This document shows positions 61,312-64,000 of a stretch of DNA of 64,000 bases, one piece after another. The notes beneath the pieces are model-generated. The model was not told the DNA's origin. It saw only the letters and a list, made by a program, of their open reading frames with translations, and ran no database searches. A program made the translations under genes and the position numbers. Source of the stretch: Planktothrix sp. GU0601_MAG3 (lineage in GTDB: Bacteria > Cyanobacteriota > Cyanobacteriia > Cyanobacteriales > Microcoleaceae); NCBI GenBank assembly GCA_035193785.1, contig CP136572.1, forward strand, positions 64,001 through 128,000. Reading direction: 5' to 3'. Position 1 is the stretch's first letter. Each line of letters opens with the position of its first letter.

Positions 61312-62637
61312 CTATTCTTTTGAATATACTCTCTTTCCCATAATATAAGTTGCTCGAATGGCTCGGTCATCCCCTAATATGATTAAACTAAAGACCGTTT
61401 CGGCAATTTTTAACCTGGTTTGTGTTTCGGAAATTTGTTGATTTCTGAATTTTATTAAGGGTGTAGAATTATAGTCCAAAACAATAAAATCCGCTTCTTT
61501 ACCGATATCAAAATTACCGATTTTATCCTCTAATTTTAAGGCTTTCGCTCCTCCTAATGTGGCTAAAAATAGGGCTTGAAAGGGCGAGAGGGTTTGATTT
61601 TGTAGTTGAGCAACTTTATAGGCGACCTTGGCGGTTTGCAGGAGGGAAAAACTGGTTCCGGCTCCAATATCAGTGCCCAAACCAACATTAATGGGATGGG
61701 TTTTAGATATGGCTTCATGGAGTTTAAACAGTCCACTTCCGAGGAATAAATTAGAAGTTGGGCAAAATGCAATCGCAGATTTAGCTTCAGATAAACGTTG
61801 AAATTCAGCTTCGGTTAAATGAATACCATGGGCAAAAATTGAACGTTCTCCGACTAAACCAGCTTGGTCATAAACCCCTAAATAATGGGGAGCTTCTGGG
61901 AAAAGTTCGGCGACAAATTCCACTTCTTTGAAATTTTCCGAGAGATGGGTTTGTAAATAAACATCGGGAAATTCTGTTAATAATTTTCCGGCTATTTTTA
62001 ATTGTTCGGGACTGGAAGTTATGGCAAAACGAGGGGTAACTGCATAGAGTAAACGTCCTTTTTTATGCCAAGTTTGGATTAATCTTTTGCTGTCTTGATA
62101 GGAGGTTTCGGGAGTGTCTTTTAAATAATCTGGTGCATGACTATCCATCATCACTTTACCCGAAATCATGCGTAAATTTCGGCGATAGGCTTCTTCAAAG
62201 AAAGCATCAACGGACTGGGGGAAAACCGTGGCAAAAACTAGGGCGGTTGTGGTTCCATTTTTGAGTAATTCATCTAGGAAAAATGCCGCGATTTTTTGAG
62301 CATATTCTTTACTACTAAATTTACGTTCTGTGGGAAAGGTATATTGATTTAACCATTCTAATAGTTGTTCCCCATAGGATGCTATCATTTCGGTTTGGGG
62401 GAAATGAATATGGGTATCAATAAATCCTGGTAATATTAATAAGTCTGGATAAGATTTTATGGGCAACCCTTGATATTTTTCTTTTAAATTGTTATAATGG
62501 TCGAAGTCTATAATGATTCCTGATTCTACGACTAATAATCCATCGGGAAGATAACGAACGCTGGTTTCTTCTGATTCATAAAAAGGATCATCAATAAAGT
62601 CTAAAAACGATGAGCGAAATAGTTTTAATTTGTTCAT
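61312..62637 (-). CDS. guaD: Guanine deaminase
   Basis: PGFIDTHIHFPQ, YAVTPRFA, QTHLSEN and CPTSNLFLGSG motifs. Confidence 0.96.
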   Translation of the reverse strand: MNKLKLFRSSFLDFIDDPFYESEETSVRYLPDGLLVVESGIIIDFDHYNNLKEKYQGLPIKSYPDLLILPGFIDTHIHFPQTEMIASYGEQLLEWLNQYTFPTERKFSSKEYAQKIAAFFLDELLKNGTTTALVFATVFPQSVDAFFEEAYRRNLRMISGKVMMDSHAPDYLKDTPETSYQDSKRLIQTWHKKGRLLYAVTPRFAITSSPEQLKIAGKLLTEFPDVYLQTHLSENFKEVEFVAELFPEAPHYLGVYDQAGLVGERSIFAHGIHLTEAEFQRLSEAKSAIAFCPTSNLFLGSGLFKLHEAISKTHPINVGLGTDIGAGTSFSLLQTAKVAYKVAQLQNQTLSPFQALFLATLGGAKALKLEDKIGNFDIGKEADFIVLDYNSTPLIKFRNQQISETQTRLKIAETVFSLIILGDDRAIRATYIMGKRVYSKE

Positions 62638-62671
62638 GGTTGAGGGTTATTAGGGTTAATTAAAATCAAGT

Positions 62672-63172
62672 TTAATCAAATTTTTCATAAAGACGAAATT
62701 GGGCGATTTTGTAAATTTCTTCTAAAGCAGTTATTTTTTCCTGCTCTATAGAATTATTTAACCGTTGTTCAAAAGCTGATAAAATACTAATTTTTGTATG
62801 ATTTTTAACGGCAATAATGAAGGGAAAACTGAATTTATCTTTATAGGTTTGGTTAAGTTGGTGAAATTGTTTATATTCAGCAACTGTTAGACGGTCTAAC
62901 CCAACTCCGGCTTGTTCTTTTATCGAAGATTCTGCCATTTTTGCTTTACTTCCTAGGTCGGGATGGGCGCGAATTAAGGCTAATTGTTGTTGTGAATTAC
63001 TATTTTTAACAATATCAACCATGGTTTGATATAATATTTCTATAGTCTCAAAGGGTCGTTTTAATTCCGCTTGTTCTGCTACCCAAGGAGATGCTTCAAA
63101 AATAGACCCTAATGCTGCGATAAATTCTATCTGAGTCATTCGATTAACTTGGGATAAGGAATAGGTTTGCAT
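62672..63172 (-). CDS. uraD: OHCU decarboxylase
   Basis: IFEASPWVAE, LIRAHPDLG, S..EQ..VGL and FPFIIAVK motifs. Confidence 0.93.
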   Translation of the reverse strand: MQTYSLSQVNRMTQIEFIAALGSIFEASPWVAEQAELKRPFETIEILYQTMVDIVKNSNSQQQLALIRAHPDLGSKAKMAESSIKEQAGVGLDRLTVAEYKQFHQLNQTYKDKFSFPFIIAVKNHTKISILSAFEQRLNNSIEQEKITALEEIYKIAQFRLYEKFD

Positions 63173-63177
63173 GGGGT

Positions 63178-63541
63178 TTAACTGCCTCGATAGGTACTAT
63201 AAGACCAGGGAGAAACTAATAGGGGAACGTGATAAGCAACGGTGGGGTTAGCAATGCCAAATCGAATCGGGATATAATCTAAAAATAAGGGATAATTTAG
63301 GGATTCATATTGGGTTTTAAAATAGTCCCCAACGGCAAAAACTAATTCATAAATTCCCTGATTTAATTCGGTTTCTGTTAATAGGGGTTTATCGGTTTCT
63401 ACCGTCTTTATTTGTAATAGAAGTTTTTAGGAGATTTCGTTCTCCTGTTTCCGAATTAATTTGCCATAATTCAATCTTTAAATAGGCGACGGGACGACCT
63501 TGGGCTGTGTCTAATACATGAGTTGTGAGTTTGCCGACCAT
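63178..63541 (-). CDS. uraH: 5-hydroxyisourate hydrolase (apparent frameshift at ~63395; absent from the ORF track)
   Basis: My translation: [17 protein letters not shown]...TNKDGRTDKPL...YHVPLL...YSTYRGS*. Confidence 0.92.
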
Positions 63542-63542
63542 G

Positions 63543-63598
63543 AATGGGTAATGGGTAATGGGTAATGGGTAATGGGTAATGGGTAATGGGTAATGGGA
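63543..63598. repeat. STRR array (AATGGGT)x~8
   Basis: Fills nearly the whole spacer between the urate hydroxylase and uraH genes. Confidence 0.95.
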
Positions 63599-63606
63599 TA
63601 TTTATT

Positions 63607-64000
63607 TTAGTGAAAGGGGCCTCCTAGGATGGTTTTAGATAAAGCATTTGTAATGTCATTGGCTGTTTCTTGTTGGAGTTGTTGATACCATTGTTGGGTT
63701 AAATTTGGGTCTTTGCCATAAATTATATCGGCTCGTTTTCGGGCTTTAAGAACTAGGGTGGAAGTCCGTTCTTTGCGTTCGGCTTCATATCGTTTTAAAG
63801 CATATTCTACTCCTAAATTAGTAGTTAATAAAAATCGAGATAATATTTCTGCGTCTTCCATGGCTTGACAGCCTCCTTGTCCCAGGGTTGGAGTGGAAGC
63901 ATGGGCAGCATCTCCTAACAGTATAACTCGACCTTTAACCAGGGTTTCTAAGGGGTCTAAGTCATAAATCTCTAAACGGTTTAATTCCTGGGGGTTGAGA
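63607..64000 (-). CDS. hpxO: FAD-dependent urate hydroxylase HpxO-like monooxygenase, 5' part outside window
   Basis: GRVILLGDAAHASTPTLGQGGCQAMEDA motif and ILGGP end; context with uraH, uraD and guaD. Confidence 0.85.
   Translation of the reverse strand, partial: LNPQELNRLEIYDLDPLETLVKGRVILLGDAAHASTPTLGQGGCQAMEDAEILSRFLLTTNLGVEYALKRYEAERKERTSTLVLKARKRADIIYGKDPNLTQQWYQQLQQETANDITNALSKTILGGPFH

Overview
Chromosomal window of a filamentous cyanobacterium. The 16S sequence, frequent HIP1 (GCGATCGC) sites and heptamer STRR repeats point to Planktothrix (recognised by eye, not by database search). Content is mostly housekeeping: comA-like nuclease, recF, adenylate cyclase, modA/modBC, rnb-rpsR-rpmG, an rRNA operon, acsF, sdhB, moeA, ychF, cbiMQO, cbiT, cdsA, ccs1/ccdA, c-di-GMP enzymes, larC and a purine/urate catabolism operon. 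Main observation: all 24 frameshifts I could locate, in 23 genes including essential ones, are repaired by removing extra A/T from a GAAAC/GTTTC word (one site ambiguous), so the underlying motif is GAAC/GTTC. That is the known Dnd phosphorothioation motif, so the errors are probably a base-calling footprint of a genome-wide DNA modification and the genes are probably intact. Other notable items: an rRNA operon with no 5S gene, an RqlH/RqlI-like (RecQ-PRTase + DprA-like) module, an orphan C5 methyltransferase, an atypical phycobiliprotein-like + linker gene pair, a serine-recombinase homologue lacking catalytic residues, a MocR regulator with a divergent small protein, CRP-like boxes, and several REP/REPIN and STRR-carrying miniature elements.
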